From positions 1,860,001 through 1,924,000 of the forward strand of contig NC_043019.1 in NCBI RefSeq assembly GCF_006345805.1: a DNA stretch of 64,000 nt, read 5' to 3'. Every line of letters starts with the position of its first letter. The first letter of the stretch is position 1. Positions 39,619 through 52,029 of this stretch are shown here, one piece after another. The notes below the pieces were generated by a model. The model saw only the letters and a program-made list of their open reading frames with translations, made no database searches and was not told the DNA's origin. Source of the DNA: Octopus sinensis (Eukaryota). The position numbers and the translations under genes are program-made.

Positions 39619-42061
39619 TATTACATAAATACGTAGCTTAAAGTTGCATTTCCTGAAATCTGGTGCTGAAGTAATCAAACAATTTCGAAATGCATTAAAA
39701 TTAAACAGTCCAGTAGAGGTCAATCCAGTAGAATTGACTACGGTGTTTTAACCCCCTTTATGTCTTAAGCGACGAAATTTTTTTTGATCCATGACAAACA
39801 GAAGTGAAAGCCTTTTGCAGGCGCAATTATCTCTGAAAGATATTCAAACTTTATAACATTGTTTACTCTCCATCATTACTCTCCTCATGGACTCATTTAG
39901 TTCCGATCTGGCAGCAAATGTGCGCTATCAATAAATAATGACTGATTTTGAATAAAGAAAGATTAATTTTTTAACTAGTTGCCTTTAATCGAATGTTCTG
40001 TTGAAGAGAAGTAATGAGTTCTGAATGCATCCGTCATACAAAAGGAAGAGCTCTGAGCTGGCTAGGGTGTTTAAACAGGCTTTTGTTTGAAGGAAGACAA
40101 TCTTTTTTTCTCCCCAACAGACTACAGTCAAAATGTTTTTACAGCTACAAATATTTCTCAAACTGGTTTTTTTACATCTGTTTTGTACACGTACTCATAA
40201 TTGTAGACAGACAGACAGACAGACAGGGAAACAGACAGGCACGCAGGCAGGTAGGTAGGTAGGAAGGTAAGTAGGTGAGTGGGTTTGTAGGGGGTAGTTA
40301 GAAGTTAGGTAAAGAGATAAATAGTGAGAGAGATACGCATATATACACACGTACACATCTATCTATATCTACATATCAATTTTATCTCACTATATATATA
40401 CACACGCACACACATGTACATATATATGTGATAACATCTCTCTCAGAGAAGGAAACACTGAGAAAAAAGTGCGACACTGACAATATACTATTATTAGGAC
40501 TAGTCCTTCTTTTCCAGTTTATGATGTCCATGCTCAGACAGTGAGATTGGATTTGTGCAAATCCTTTCCATACTATAAAACCATCATCAAGGGCAGGCAT
40601 CGCTGGAAAAAAAAAATGGCTGGTTGTATTCTCCGCTTGTGTGGAACTTTCGATCAGGTGATGGCATTAATCGAACACGAGTTTGCAGCCATCATGTATG
40701 TATGTATATGTATGTATATATATATGTGTATGTATGTATGTATGTATGTATGTATGTATGTATGTATGTATGTATGTATGTATGTATGTATGTATCGAGA
40801 TAGAACAATCGTAATACTACCAAATATCAATGTCATCAATATAGCTGCCGGAAATCTTTCAGATGAGCGATTTTTAAGGTAGATACTAATATGATATGTC
40901 TCACATACATTATATATTGAAATGTAAAAAAGTTCATCAAATGAGACTATCCATGCGATTAATTGGCAAAACTCTCCTTTTCTCAAAGTATGGCCTATTT
41001 TGTCGTAGTTTATTTTATAGCACGACTATATAACTTACTAACCACAAGTATTGGCTTCAGTATATTCAACTGCACCTTGTTTTCATCTCATATTTGTATG
41101 ATAAAATGGGCGTATATGCGCGTGTATATATGTGTTTATGTATGTGTATGTACACATACGCGTCTTTTCGATCGACGTTATTTTTATATACATAAGTAGA
41201 AATAACGCTAATCAAATAGACAAATAGAAACTTCAATGGCAGATCCAGTCTTAAAATATGATTGCTATTTGTGTAGAAATAGGAACGAGACAAAGATATT
41301 TTTAAGATTACTATTTTCCTATGGCGCTGAAGGTACAATGCTGTAAACTTGCGAAGTGATTTTCTAGTTTCTGCTTCAGTAAATACAGTGAAAGTGATGT
41401 TTAGATTAAAGCGAAACTCTCCCGTTGTTTATAGAAAAAATAATTTTTTTCTTTCCACTCCACGCAGTTATTTCTTGTTTACCTTCTAATGTTCCATACA
41501 TGAAACAGGTTAACGTACTGAGAGGGTGATTGATGCCTGTAACTGTCAATCTAATTTCTGCTGCGTTTCACCTCCACAAGCCTTACAAGCAACATGAAAG
41601 TTAATTTTAGCCGGAACAAGGAAAAAAAAGTGTGACATATACGTGTGTTGTCTCTTACCTTTTTTTCTAAGTCTGTCTGTCTGTCCCTTGGACAGATCTA
41701 GATGAACGGTGCTACTTTCAAAGCTATTTTTAAAGCTAGTTTACTTGTAGTGAGTCACAAATCATCGCCGCGGACAGGATACGAACTACCTGATATAAAG
41801 TGATTCACGCATGTCACGGCAGAAGACACTTGTCCAATGTGTTGTACAATGAGAGCTAACAAGTAATTTTAAGTAATAAGAAGGAAAAGGACAATTCCAT
41901 TGCATATCCAGGCAAATAATATTTACCTTAATATCTTAAATAATTATGTCAAAATTGATGAATATTTGACAATGATATCGATAAGGCGAAAATGAAATAA
42001 ATGAGTAAAATACTCAGCGTAGTAAATATGACAGTCTCCACCCCCACACATGCACACACAT

Positions 42062-42102
<41 letters not shown>

Positions 42103-43235
42103 ACACACACACACACACACACTCAGTCACTCACACACACACACACACACATACACGTATTCATGTGCGCCAGCACAATGTATGTAAACGGAACTAACGA
42201 CATTATAAATATATATAGGTGCCCCAGTATGGTCGCATTCTAATGACTGAAGCAAGTAAATATTAAAAGACAAAAGATGTGTCTGCAATAAGCCACCACA
42301 TTTTTAACTGCAAAACGTATCGTCATCATTTATCATCGTTGTCATTTTACGTCTGTCTTCATGGTGATATACGTTGGGCTTAAGTCGATCGATTCGTAAT
42401 ATTTTGGTTTGCCTTCCATGATTGTGGGGTTCTTCCTAATCCATAGTGTACTAGCAACAAACTCTCGTCTTCCTAGCGCAAGAGAATCTGTAATGTCCTC
42501 AACAAGACCAATCCGTTTTCCTGATACTACGCTGTTTGCACTATTCCAGCAGCTCTTTACAGAATGCATTGGGTGCATTTCTTTGTTTGAGTTACACCTG
42601 CATAACTGAAATTAATCTCCTAAACGAAAGGTGATTTTCTTGGCTCTGAGTTGTATACCGTTTGTACGAGGTAATGTGGTCGAGAATGTCGACAGAATAA
42701 AAGGCGATTGCAGTTGCTAAGCTACGATAAAATGGGGAACTCTGATAGCAAGGGAGAGAAAGTCATTGTGGTGACAATATGGAAAAGGAGATTGAAAACA
42801 AAGAAAAATCGCTAAATAGATGTAATGAAAGAAATTAATGAGACACAGGGAGTGATGGATCGTTAAATAAATGATTAGTGTTAACAGTGTGATGGATGAC
42901 TATAAACAGTGATCTGTAGGAAGGGGAGCATTCGCTAACAATTTATACAGGTAATGTTAAGAGAGAATGATGGTGATTCTAAGAAAGTGATTGAAACCTG
43001 AGAAAGAGAGTGTGATGGTTAGGGTAAGGTTCTATAAGATCCGCTGCTGTTCCTCATTAATCAGGTGTCGCGACGGGGCAGCATTAGTGGTAACTACATA
43101 TTTTGCTATTAGTGCTCGATGCGCTGAGTGATGAGGGCTACATCGAATGGTAGCTGACCCGATGTAATTGCTTGGTAGTTACGCATCGGGATGACAGAGT
43201 CACAAAATAGAGATAAAACAGAGAGATAAAACAAA

Positions 43236-43267
<32 letters not shown>

Positions 43268-43472
43268 ATTAGGGAGTAAATTCAAACTTACAGGGAAAAA
43301 TTAGATTTAGGATTAAATCTAATTTTATAGTATAAAGATATATATATTATATTAAATTAGAGATAAAACCACTATTAGGCAAATCCAACAGTGAAAATCA
43401 TAAACCAAAACATAGAAATAACATTAATTAATAAAAAATATATAAATATAAAATTCAAAACTAATATATATA

Positions 43473-43571
<99 letters not shown>

Positions 43572-43616
43572 ATATATACATATATATATGTATATATATA
43601 TGTGTGGTGTGTGTGT

Positions 43617-43649
<33 letters not shown>

Positions 43650-43976
43650 CAAAGAGAGAGAGAGATGGCATGTGGCTATGAGTAAGGGAATGAGTAAGAG
43701 CAGATTGAATATGGATCCTCATGTTTCCGAAATGAAATTCTTAGCTGTTCAGCAATGCCATGATTACGATAATGCAATATATATTATAGTAGAACAACAC
43801 ATCTGGTTGAGTAGCAGCCAAAATTGTTACTCTACAATAGATATTCAAACCATCAGAGTCCACATTGCGTTTTGACTCTTCTGAACTCTATAAAATAAAA
43901 CCAGTAATACAGTTGTTTATTTAATCGAGTGCACATAGATATGCTCGAGTAACAATTTTAGAAATGAAGTTAACGT

Positions 43977-44182
43977 ACAAAATCCGTTAGGTTCACTTCA
44001 ACATTTAAATTTAATTTATCAAAATATTTTCGTCGTTTGAGGACCGCGAATACTGACAAAATTCCGTGCTGTATCTGAGATGCAGCACGGAATTTTGTCA
44101 GTGAACAGGTCGCGGTCTCAAAGCGAAGAAAATATTTTGACAAATTGAATTTAAATGTTGAAGTGAACCTAATGGATTTTGT
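43977..44182. repeat. About 206-bp near-perfect palindrome (foldback/MITE)
   Basis: About 100-bp arms centred on gtgctgtatc-tga-gatgcagcac. Confidence 0.9.
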
Positions 44183-44317
44183 GTGTTTCTTAAATGGCTT
44201 ACAAATACCTTACACGCTGCAATTGTTTTCGTTCCAGCACACGATCTCAGATCAGGTCACTTGCTATGCAAGTACATATCCGTAAATTTAACATAGTAAT
44301 TCACTAATAGTTAAACA

Positions 44318-44513
44318 TTGATTTCAAATTTCTATACAAATCCAGCAGTTTCAGGTAAAGGGTAAGAGGATTACATCGAACCTAGTACTCAACTGCTACT
44401 TATTTTATCGACACCGAAAGGATGAAAGGCGGAATTTGAACTCAGAACATAAGGACGAACGAAATTCCGCTAAGCATTTTAACCGGCGTTCCAACGATTC
44501 TGCCAGCTCACCA
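44318..44513 (-). mobile_element. SINE family B (caaatttgaaatc tail subtype)
   Basis: Matches the consensus, with a small internal deletion. Confidence 0.8.
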
Positions 44514-44574
44514 CTTTAGTAGTAATTAAATATTGACATGTTTTTCGATACAGTTCTAGATTTAAAAGATGAGG

Positions 44575-44684
44575 AATTATGTACATTATTTACATTATTT
44601 ACATTTGACGGATATTTGTCCTCATTTTGTTTGTTGTTAACACAACGTTTCGGCTGATATACCCTCCAGCCTTCATCATATGCC
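44575..44684 (-). mobile_element. Hammerhead-bearing repeat H3 (motif 44639-44684)
   Basis: GGCAU-AUGAUGA-A-GGCUG-10nt-CAGCC-GAA-ACGU-U-GUGUU. Confidence 0.7.
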
Positions 44685-44765
44685 CGTGGGTATATGGCGT
44701 AGTGGTTAAGAGCGTGGGCTACAAACCCCAAGATTCTGAGTTCGATTCCAGACAGTGACCTGAAT
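44684..44765 (+). mobile_element. Short tRNA-derived SINE with (TAA)n tail
   Basis: A box tggcgtagtggtt; B box gagttcgattcc. Confidence 0.7.
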
Positions 44766-44769
44766 AATA

Positions 44770-44838
<69 letters not shown>

Positions 44839-44929
44839 GACGAAGAAGAAGAAGAAGAAGAAGAAGAAGAAGAAGAAGAAGAAGAAGAAGAAGAAGAAGA
44901 AGAAGAAGAAGAAGAAGAAGAAGAAGAAA
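44762..44929. repeat. (TAA)n(GAA)n microsatellite
   Basis: Direct reading. Confidence 0.95.
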
Positions 44930-45441
44930 GACCAAAACAATAAAGTTTGCTTATTGATCGACAGAATGACCAAAACAATAAAGTTTGCTTATTGATCGAC
45001 ATGAGCATCCCCTGTGATCATAATATCTCAGCGTAAGAGTTTGACAAGCTCAGAAAATATAAAGACCTACTCATTGAAATTGAGAAAATGTGGCATCTCA
45101 AGGCGGTTACAATACCAGTGATCGTAGGAGCACTAGGAATGATCAAGAAGGGAACCGAAAATTATATGAGAATGATCCCTGGCTTACCATCCCTGCAAGA
45201 AGTGCAAAAGATTGTCTTAACTGATACATCACACGTATTGAGAAGAGCATTGTCGATGTGAGAACTGTTGCTGCTCATGTATTTTAATTTAACTTTAAAA
45301 AAGATTTTTTTAATTTTTTAAATGAACGAACTATTGAGTTTTGTTTAATAGCCTACCAATGTATACTATGAGTTTCTTTGCCCTAGGAGTCGGGAAGACA
45401 CTCGGCAAGAAATGGAAGCAAATTTGAAAGAAGAAAAAAAA

Positions 45442-45455
<14 letters not shown>
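44930..45455 (+). mobile_element. 5'-truncated non-LTR retrotransposon with restriction-like endonuclease (R4/Dong/NeSL-like)
   Basis: KVCLLIDMSIPCDHNISA*EFDKLRKYKDLLIEIEKMWHLKAVTIPVIVGALGMI...RRALSM*. 3' UTR then (TAA)n. 34-bp duplication of the 5' end. Confidence 0.85.
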
Positions 45456-45471
<16 letters not shown>

Positions 45472-45472
<1 letters not shown>

Positions 45473-45605
45473 ACGTCGAAAAATACCATAGAGAATGAGA
45501 ACCTAGGTTCAAAGTTTCCCCAGGACACCTGATAAAGGCTGGAGGGTATACAACAAACAAGATGAGAACAAATATCCGTCAAATGTAAGCAATGTAAATA
45601 ATGTT
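45472..45605 (+). mobile_element. H3 element with the 3' half of the ribozyme deleted
   Basis: GACAC-CTGATAA-A-GGCTG-GAGGGTATA, then a 21-bp deletion; downstream matches the reverse complement of 44585-44638. Confidence 0.7.
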
Positions 45606-46206
45606 TCGATGTTATATGCATTAAATTCTACTAAGAAATAAATATGTGCTGGGGAAATGATGAGATTAACTCAATGACTAATATTACTTTAATCATATCA
45701 GGAATGACGGCATGCACCTTTGGTTACGTTTCACTATTATTAGACCTCTTCAGCGAAACATAGACTTCTCCATATTTGTCGAAGTAGTAAATTGAGAATG
45801 TTTCAGAAAATCAATTAAAAAATTTACAGTTATGGTAGACTAGAAGACGTATAAAATTTAGCATATTTATAAAATGCACAAATCCTTATAATAAATTAAG
45901 TCAGCTTTTAACAAAAATTCTTTGTATTGCAAAATGATGTCTCGTTCATTAATTTCATTGTTACTGCTTCTTGTAATTATCATCTGCATTTCTATTAGTT
46001 ACTCGGTTAAATTTTAGTGCAAGTTACACTTCAGAAATGCGTTTAAATGTTTCAAAAAATAAGCTTTCATACGTTTATTCAAAATCAATAATGATTCAGT
46101 ACAATTTCTGATATTTTTTTCATATCATCCGTTTACGTAAATGTTCTTAAGAAAAATTTGATTTTGTGCAAAAAATTAAAATATACAAAATCCATTTTGT
46201 CATCTA

Positions 46207-46231
46207 ATAATAGTAATAATAATAATAATAA

Positions 46232-46262
<31 letters not shown>

Positions 46263-46303
46263 AAAGAAGAAGAAGAAGAAGAAGTAGAAGAAGAAGAAGA
46301 AGA

Positions 46304-46359
<56 letters not shown>
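46207..46359. repeat. (TAA)n(GAA)n(GTA)n compound microsatellite
   Basis: Direct reading. Confidence 0.95.
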
Positions 46360-46717
46360 CGAATCGGATCTTTGAGAAATCTAAAATTTTAGCAATCACC
46401 AGCCTACAGAGAGTTAAACGAAAAAAAAGCTACCTGTTGCATATATGAACTCCATTGAACTTACAGCTTTTTGCAAGAACTTATTCATTTTGAAGCTAAA
46501 ACTTGAAAAAAATGTGTTTGAAGAATTTTTTTTTTCTTTTTTTCATCTTAATTCTGTTATTCTATTATTCTTTAATTTCCTGCTGAACAAACAGCAAATG
46601 GAAATGAAATATTCATGAGATAGCAACCGGATTTCAGAATTTTTAAGGAAAGGTATAATCGATGATATTCACACCTTTTCTCACTGGAACATTATCGTAT
46701 TCTTTCTTGACGCTGTA

Positions 46718-47130
46718 ACTGATTTCAAATTTTGTTACAATGCCACCAATATTTATCGGAGCCGAGAAAATCAATTACATCAAGCCTCCTGTTTAATTGG
46801 TACTTAAGTGACCGATCCCGAAAGGATTAAAAGCAAAGACGACCTCAGCTGCCTGTAAACTCAGAACATAAATATTCGGGAGAAACGTCACGAAGCATTT
46901 TCTCAGGCTCGATAACGACTCTTCCAGAGTTTTGTCTCATTAATTAATATTCATATTTTTTAAATTTTAGAACAACACCGGCAATCTTTTAGAGGGAAAG
47001 CAGTTATTTGATTACATTGACCCTGTCCTTATGGGTATTTTATTTTATCGTCCCTCGACTGATGAAAAGTAAACTTGATGGAAAGAGCCGGAAGAAAAGC
47101 CGCTAAGCATAAAGTCCTGCAACATAACGA
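46718..47130 (-). mobile_element. Two old SINE B copies
   Basis: Degenerate cores at about 46718-46930 and 46985-47130. Confidence 0.65.
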
Positions 47131-47132
47131 TT

Positions 47133-47918
47133 CCTATTTCTTTATTGCCCACAAGAGGCTAAACATAGAGTGGACAAACAAGGACAGACAAAGGAATTAA
47201 GTCGATTACATCGATCCCAGTGCGTAACTGGTACTTAATTTATCGACCCTGAGTGGATGAAAGGCAAAGTCGACCTCGGCGGAATTTGAATTCGAAACGT
47301 AACGGCAGACGAAATACCTACTTTTTTACTACCCACAAGGGGCTAAACACAGAGGGGACAAACAAGGACAGACAAACGAATTAAGTCGATTACATCCACC
47401 CCAGTGCGTAATTGGTACTTATTCAATCGACCCCGAAAGGATGAAAGGCAAAGTCGACCTTGGCGGAATTTGAACTCTGAACGTAGCGGCAGACGAAATA
47501 CCTATTTCTTTACTACCCACAAGGGGCTAAACACAGCGAGGACAAACAAGGACAGACAATGGAATTAAGTTGATTACATCGATCCCAGAGCGTAACTGGT
47601 ACCTAATTTACCGACCTCGAAATGATGAAAGACAAAGTAGACCTCGGCAGAATTTGAACTCAGAACGTAACGGCAGACGAAATACCTATTTCTTTACTAC
47701 CCACAAGGGGCTAAACACAGAGGGGACAAACAAGGACAGACAAAGGAATTAAGTCGATTACATCGATCCCAAGGGCGTAACTGGTACCTAATTTACCGAC
47801 CTCGAAATGATGAAAGGCAAAGTCGACCTCGGCAGAATTTGAACTCAGAACGTAACGGCAGACGAAAGACCGCTAATCATTTCGCCTGACGTGCTAATGA
47901 TTCTGCCAGCTCGCCGCC
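47133..47918 (-). repeat. SINE B-derived tandem array, 4 x about 182 bp, tRNA head only on the 5'-most unit
   Basis: Junctions gacgaaatacctatttc near 47310, 47492 and 47675. Confidence 0.95.
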
Positions 47919-48340
47919 TTCTTGCCATTATAATCGCAGTGAAACTGTAACAGTTCTACTGGAAATTGTATCCACATAAAACATCGTTTACCAAATGCGA
48001 TCTAAAATTAAAATATAGATATCAATAACGACGTATAATATGTTTTCATGAAAACTAATTATTAATTCAGTTCAGATTTATTTGTTTAAGTTTCATTTTA
48101 AATAAATTACCATAATTATGGATGATGCATTAAAAACCACTTTATAAATTATTCATGTTTATTACAAAAAGATAATCAGGGCAAAATTGTGCTTAAAATA
48201 TACAATATACGAATGTGTGACTTTCTGTGATGATGTAGAGTTTAGAAGGTTAGAACTTTTCAATTATTTAAGTTCGTATTGAGTGTTTTCCTTCAAATCC
48301 GTTCAGCTGGCGTGGAAGGCCACAGCATACAGTTGCCGAT

Positions 48341-48915
48341 CTATTTCTTTATTGCCCGCAAGGGGCTAAACATAGAGGGGACAAACAAAGACAAAGGGAT
48401 TAAGTCGATTACATCGATCCCAGTGCGTAACTGGTACTTAATTTATCGACCCTGAGTGGATGAAAGGCAAAGTCGACCTCGCTGGAATTTGAACTGAGAA
48501 CGTAGCGGCAGACGAAATACCTATTTCTTTACTACCCACAAGGGGCTAAACACAGAGGGGACAAACAAGGACAGACAAACGGATTAAGTCGATTATATCG
48601 ACACCAGTGCGTAACTGGTACTTATTTAATCGACCCCGAAAGGATGAACGGCAAAGTCGACCTCGGCGAAATTTGAACTCAGAACGTAGCGGCAGACGCA
48701 ATACCTATTTCTTTACTACCCACAAGGGGCTAAACACAGAAAGGACAAACAAGGACAGACAAAGGGATTAAGTCGATTATATCGACACCAGTGCGTAACT
48801 GGTACTTATTTAATCGACCCCGAAAGGATGAACGGCAAAGTCGACCTCGGCGAAATTTGAACTCAGAATGCATAGACGGAAGAAATGACGTTAAGTATTT
48901 CGCCCCTAGTTCTAA
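48341..48915 (-). repeat. SINE B-derived tandem array, 3 units
   Basis: Junctions near 48510 and 48695. Confidence 0.95.
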
Positions 48916-48932
48916 CAATAAATCAATGTACA

Positions 48933-49458
48933 CATTGGTTTAAAATTTTGGCACAAGGCTAGCAGTTGTGGGAGTGGGGCTAAGCTGATTATATTGATCC
49001 AAGTGCTCAACTGGTACTTAATTTATATTGATCCAAGTGCTCAACTGGTACTTAATTTATATTGATCCATGTGCTCAACTGGTACTTAATTTATATTGAT
49101 CCAAGTGCTCAACTGGTACTTAATTTATATTGATCCAAGTGCTCAACTGGTACTTAATTTATATTGATCCAAGTGCTCAACTGGTACTTAATTTATATTG
49201 ATCCATGTGCTCAACTGGTACTTAATTTATATTGATCCAAGTGCTCAACTGGTACTTAAGTTATATTGATCTAAGTGCTCAACTAGTACTTAATTTATAT
49301 TGATCCAAGTGCTCAACTGGTACTTAATTTATCGACCCCGAAAGGATAAAAGGCAAAATCTACCACGGCGGAATTTGAACTCAGAACGTAATGATGGACC
49401 AAATGCTATTAAATGTTTCGCCCGGCCTACCACCAACGATTCTTCCAGCCCGCCGCCT
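48933..49458 (-). mobile_element. SINE B copy containing a minisatellite
   Basis: Head and tail flank the 34-bp array. Confidence 0.85.
48991..49330. repeat. Minisatellite, 10 x 34 bp (atattgatccaagtgctcaactggtacttaattt)
   Basis: Counted directly; no spacers. Confidence 0.95.
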
Positions 49459-49660
49459 TAAAAATCAATCCACATGTTAACTGATGGTGGTCAGTATAGG
49501 GAATTATGTACTGAACTGCAACAGATTGGATAGCTTCGTACACTGTAGATTTGGGGTAGGTCTGAAGTTTCAGGACGAAACAATCCCTAATCTTTTTACT
49601 AGATAAAAAGGAAAAAGTTTTCCACTCAGACAATGGATCAGACCGGAAGCGTAAAACAAT

Positions 49661-50053
49661 TGGTTTGAAGCACTCCGTCGGTTACGACGACGAGGGCTCC
49701 GGTTGATCCGAATCAACGGAACAGCCTGCTCGTGAAATTAACGTGTAAGTGGCTGAGCACTCCACAGACACGTGCACCCTTAACGTAGTTCTCTGGGATA
49801 TTCAGCGTGACACAGAGAGTGACAAGGCCGGCCCTTTAAAATACAGGTACAACAGAAACAGGAAGTAAGAGTGAGAGAAAGTTGTGGTGAAAGAGTACAG
49901 CAGGGATCACCACCACCCCCTGCCAGAGCCTCGTGGAGCGTTAGGTGTTTTCGCTCAATAAACACTCACAACGCCCGGTCTGGGAATCGAAACCGCGATC
50001 CTATGACCGCGATCCTATGACCGCGAGTCCGCTGCCCTAACCACTGAGCCATT
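49661..50053 (-). mobile_element. SINE family E with 12-bp TSD
   Basis: TSD GCGTAAAACAAT at 49649-49660 and 50054-50065. tRNA head with ggtttcgattccc B box. Internal 14-bp duplication ccgcgatcctatga. Confidence 0.9.
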
Positions 50054-50194
50054 GCGTAAAACAATATAAGTAAGAACTATCTATGTCAGATATTGTCTGG
50101 TTTTGGGATGACAGGTGCATTTATTGCTCAGCTATCTTTTATTACAACCACATAAGCATGAAGAGCAAACGAGGAAGTCTCTATGTGGTCACTC

Positions 50195-50425
50195 GACTTA
50201 CTAAACATAGCAGTCAAGTCTCTTTCAAATCACATTGTACACTTTTAGAAACAGGCAAGTTGGATAATGTAAACATGCTAGACATAGCAGCCGAATCTCT
50301 TTAAAATCACATTTTAGAGATTTTTAAATAGTAATTTTGGATAACGTAGATTTTTTAGATATACAAGCCAAATCTCTTTCAAACCTCTTTGTGCTCTTTT
50401 AGAATTAGACATCGGATAATGTCGG
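50195..50425. repeat. Degenerate tandem repeat, about 75 bp x 3
   Basis: Recurring ..agc.aa.tctcttt.aaa.c.c.tt...ttttaga..ggataa.gt. Confidence 0.55.
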
Positions 50426-51019
50426 CCTTCCGGACGAAACAGCCACGTCTCCTTTTCAAATTACGTCGTACAGGCTTAGAATTAGGTACGTTGTATAACA
50501 TATTCCTGGATTCCCTGCACATACTAAAAACAGTGGAATGATCACAATGGCTACATGCTTTAATAATACAGTACTTTGATCCATAAATACAACATGAAGA
50601 TATATTGTGAAGCCCATTCTTAACACTGTGTGAAACATGTGTGTGATCGGTGAACATACTAATAGGTTATAGTATTTAATTCTCTTTAAACACGAAACTT
50701 GTAGCTTAAGACATTTGTGCGAATTCATAGCATGGTTTTCATAGAAACGTTTTAATATTCTATTTTCGTTCGTTGTAAATTAAAGTCCAAGAAAGTAATT
50801 AATTGTAAATTATGCTTCTGTTTTCCACGTTATATGATAATTAGGAATACTACAGAGATAAAAACAAATGATTGTTTTTATATTTTTATTTACTCAGTAT
50901 TTTGAATGACAACTGGAAAGTAAAATTAGGTTGGAACCAACAAAATTCCTCTCCCAGTAACATTTACTATTCCCAGAGTATAAGATTCGAAGATGTTTCG
51001 CTCAATCATGAATACGAAA

Positions 51020-51165
51020 TAGTGTCTTCTCTTAAAATAGGGTGTATAAACGTGCGCGGCTAGGGTTCGGTAAGGAAGCAAGCTTGATACCGTGACGATC
51101 TCAGGTCGCAGAGATTGGATATTGTCGTTGCTACAGAAACAAGACTGAGTAGAAAAGAGCAACTA
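51020..51165 (+). pseudogene. L1/Tx1-like APE endonuclease N-terminal fragment
   Basis: LKIGCINVRG*...DDLRSQRLDIVVATETRL (NVxG and DIxxxxET motifs). Confidence 0.65.
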
Positions 51166-51234
51166 AAAGAAAGACGGAAATTATTCAGGGACACCTTCTG
51201 CATGAAAAACGAATAGAAATATCTGTGATAACTT

Positions 51235-52020
51235 ATCATTATTCAGCTAAAGCACTCTCCAGCGGTAATGTTGGTAGAGGATATCAACTCCTTGTTTTTC
51301 TAAAATACACCATAAATGCTCAATAATATTGAGATCTGGGGACTGTGGCGGCTAAATAAGATGTCCAACTTCACTAGAATTTTCCTCATGCCATTTAGTA
51401 ACAAAATTTAGCTGTGTGAATTGGTGCATTTTCATCCTGAAAGATTGCGTTTCCCTTCGGAAAGTTCTGCAACTGTAGGTTGACTTTGATCAGATAAAAT
51501 GCTTAAATAGTCTTCACTATTAATTCTGCCACGAAGAGAAACCATTTGGCCGGCGGATTTGCAAGATATAGCACCCACCACCACCACCACCAGATTATCA
51601 CAGATCCTCCTATATGTTTAACAGTTAAAAAAAGGCAGTCTGGGTCAAGTGTTTCTTTTCTCTGTATTCACACGTATACTTGACCGGTGATTGGTTTTTA
51701 CTATAGATTTTTACTCCACTCTAAATGCTTTGCAACGTTTCGTTTTGAAAGTTGTGGTTTTCTGATTGTAACTCTCCCGAGAAATCTGGCTTTGTGCAGA
51801 AACTGGGTTCCCGAGGTGGTCATTAAGCTCTGCAATAATTTTGGTAGCTATACTTTAGTGATGCTTTCTAACAATTCGCGTAAGAGTCCGACGATCCCTT
51901 TCTGAAAGTTTTGGTATTTTTCCGGAGTTTCGTTTCGAAGAGAAGGTGTTTCTCTCTTTCTCAAAGCTGTCATTATTTTCGAGACAATAATTCTTGATAC
52001 ACCAAACATTTTTGCTTTTT
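51235..52020 (-). mobile_element. Tc1 internal fragment, same family as 14506-16255
   Basis: PPQSPDLNIIE and FQDENAPIH motifs; aligns to 14650-15450. Confidence 0.85.
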
Positions 52021-52029
52021 GTCTTCTCC

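Noticed and set aside
42340-42610. RTE/CR1 3' end or host exon
   Set aside because: Only vague similarity; no diagnostic motif.
48991-49330. CRISPR-like array
   Set aside because: Contiguous 34-bp units with no unique spacers, inside a SINE, in a eukaryotic context with no cas genes.
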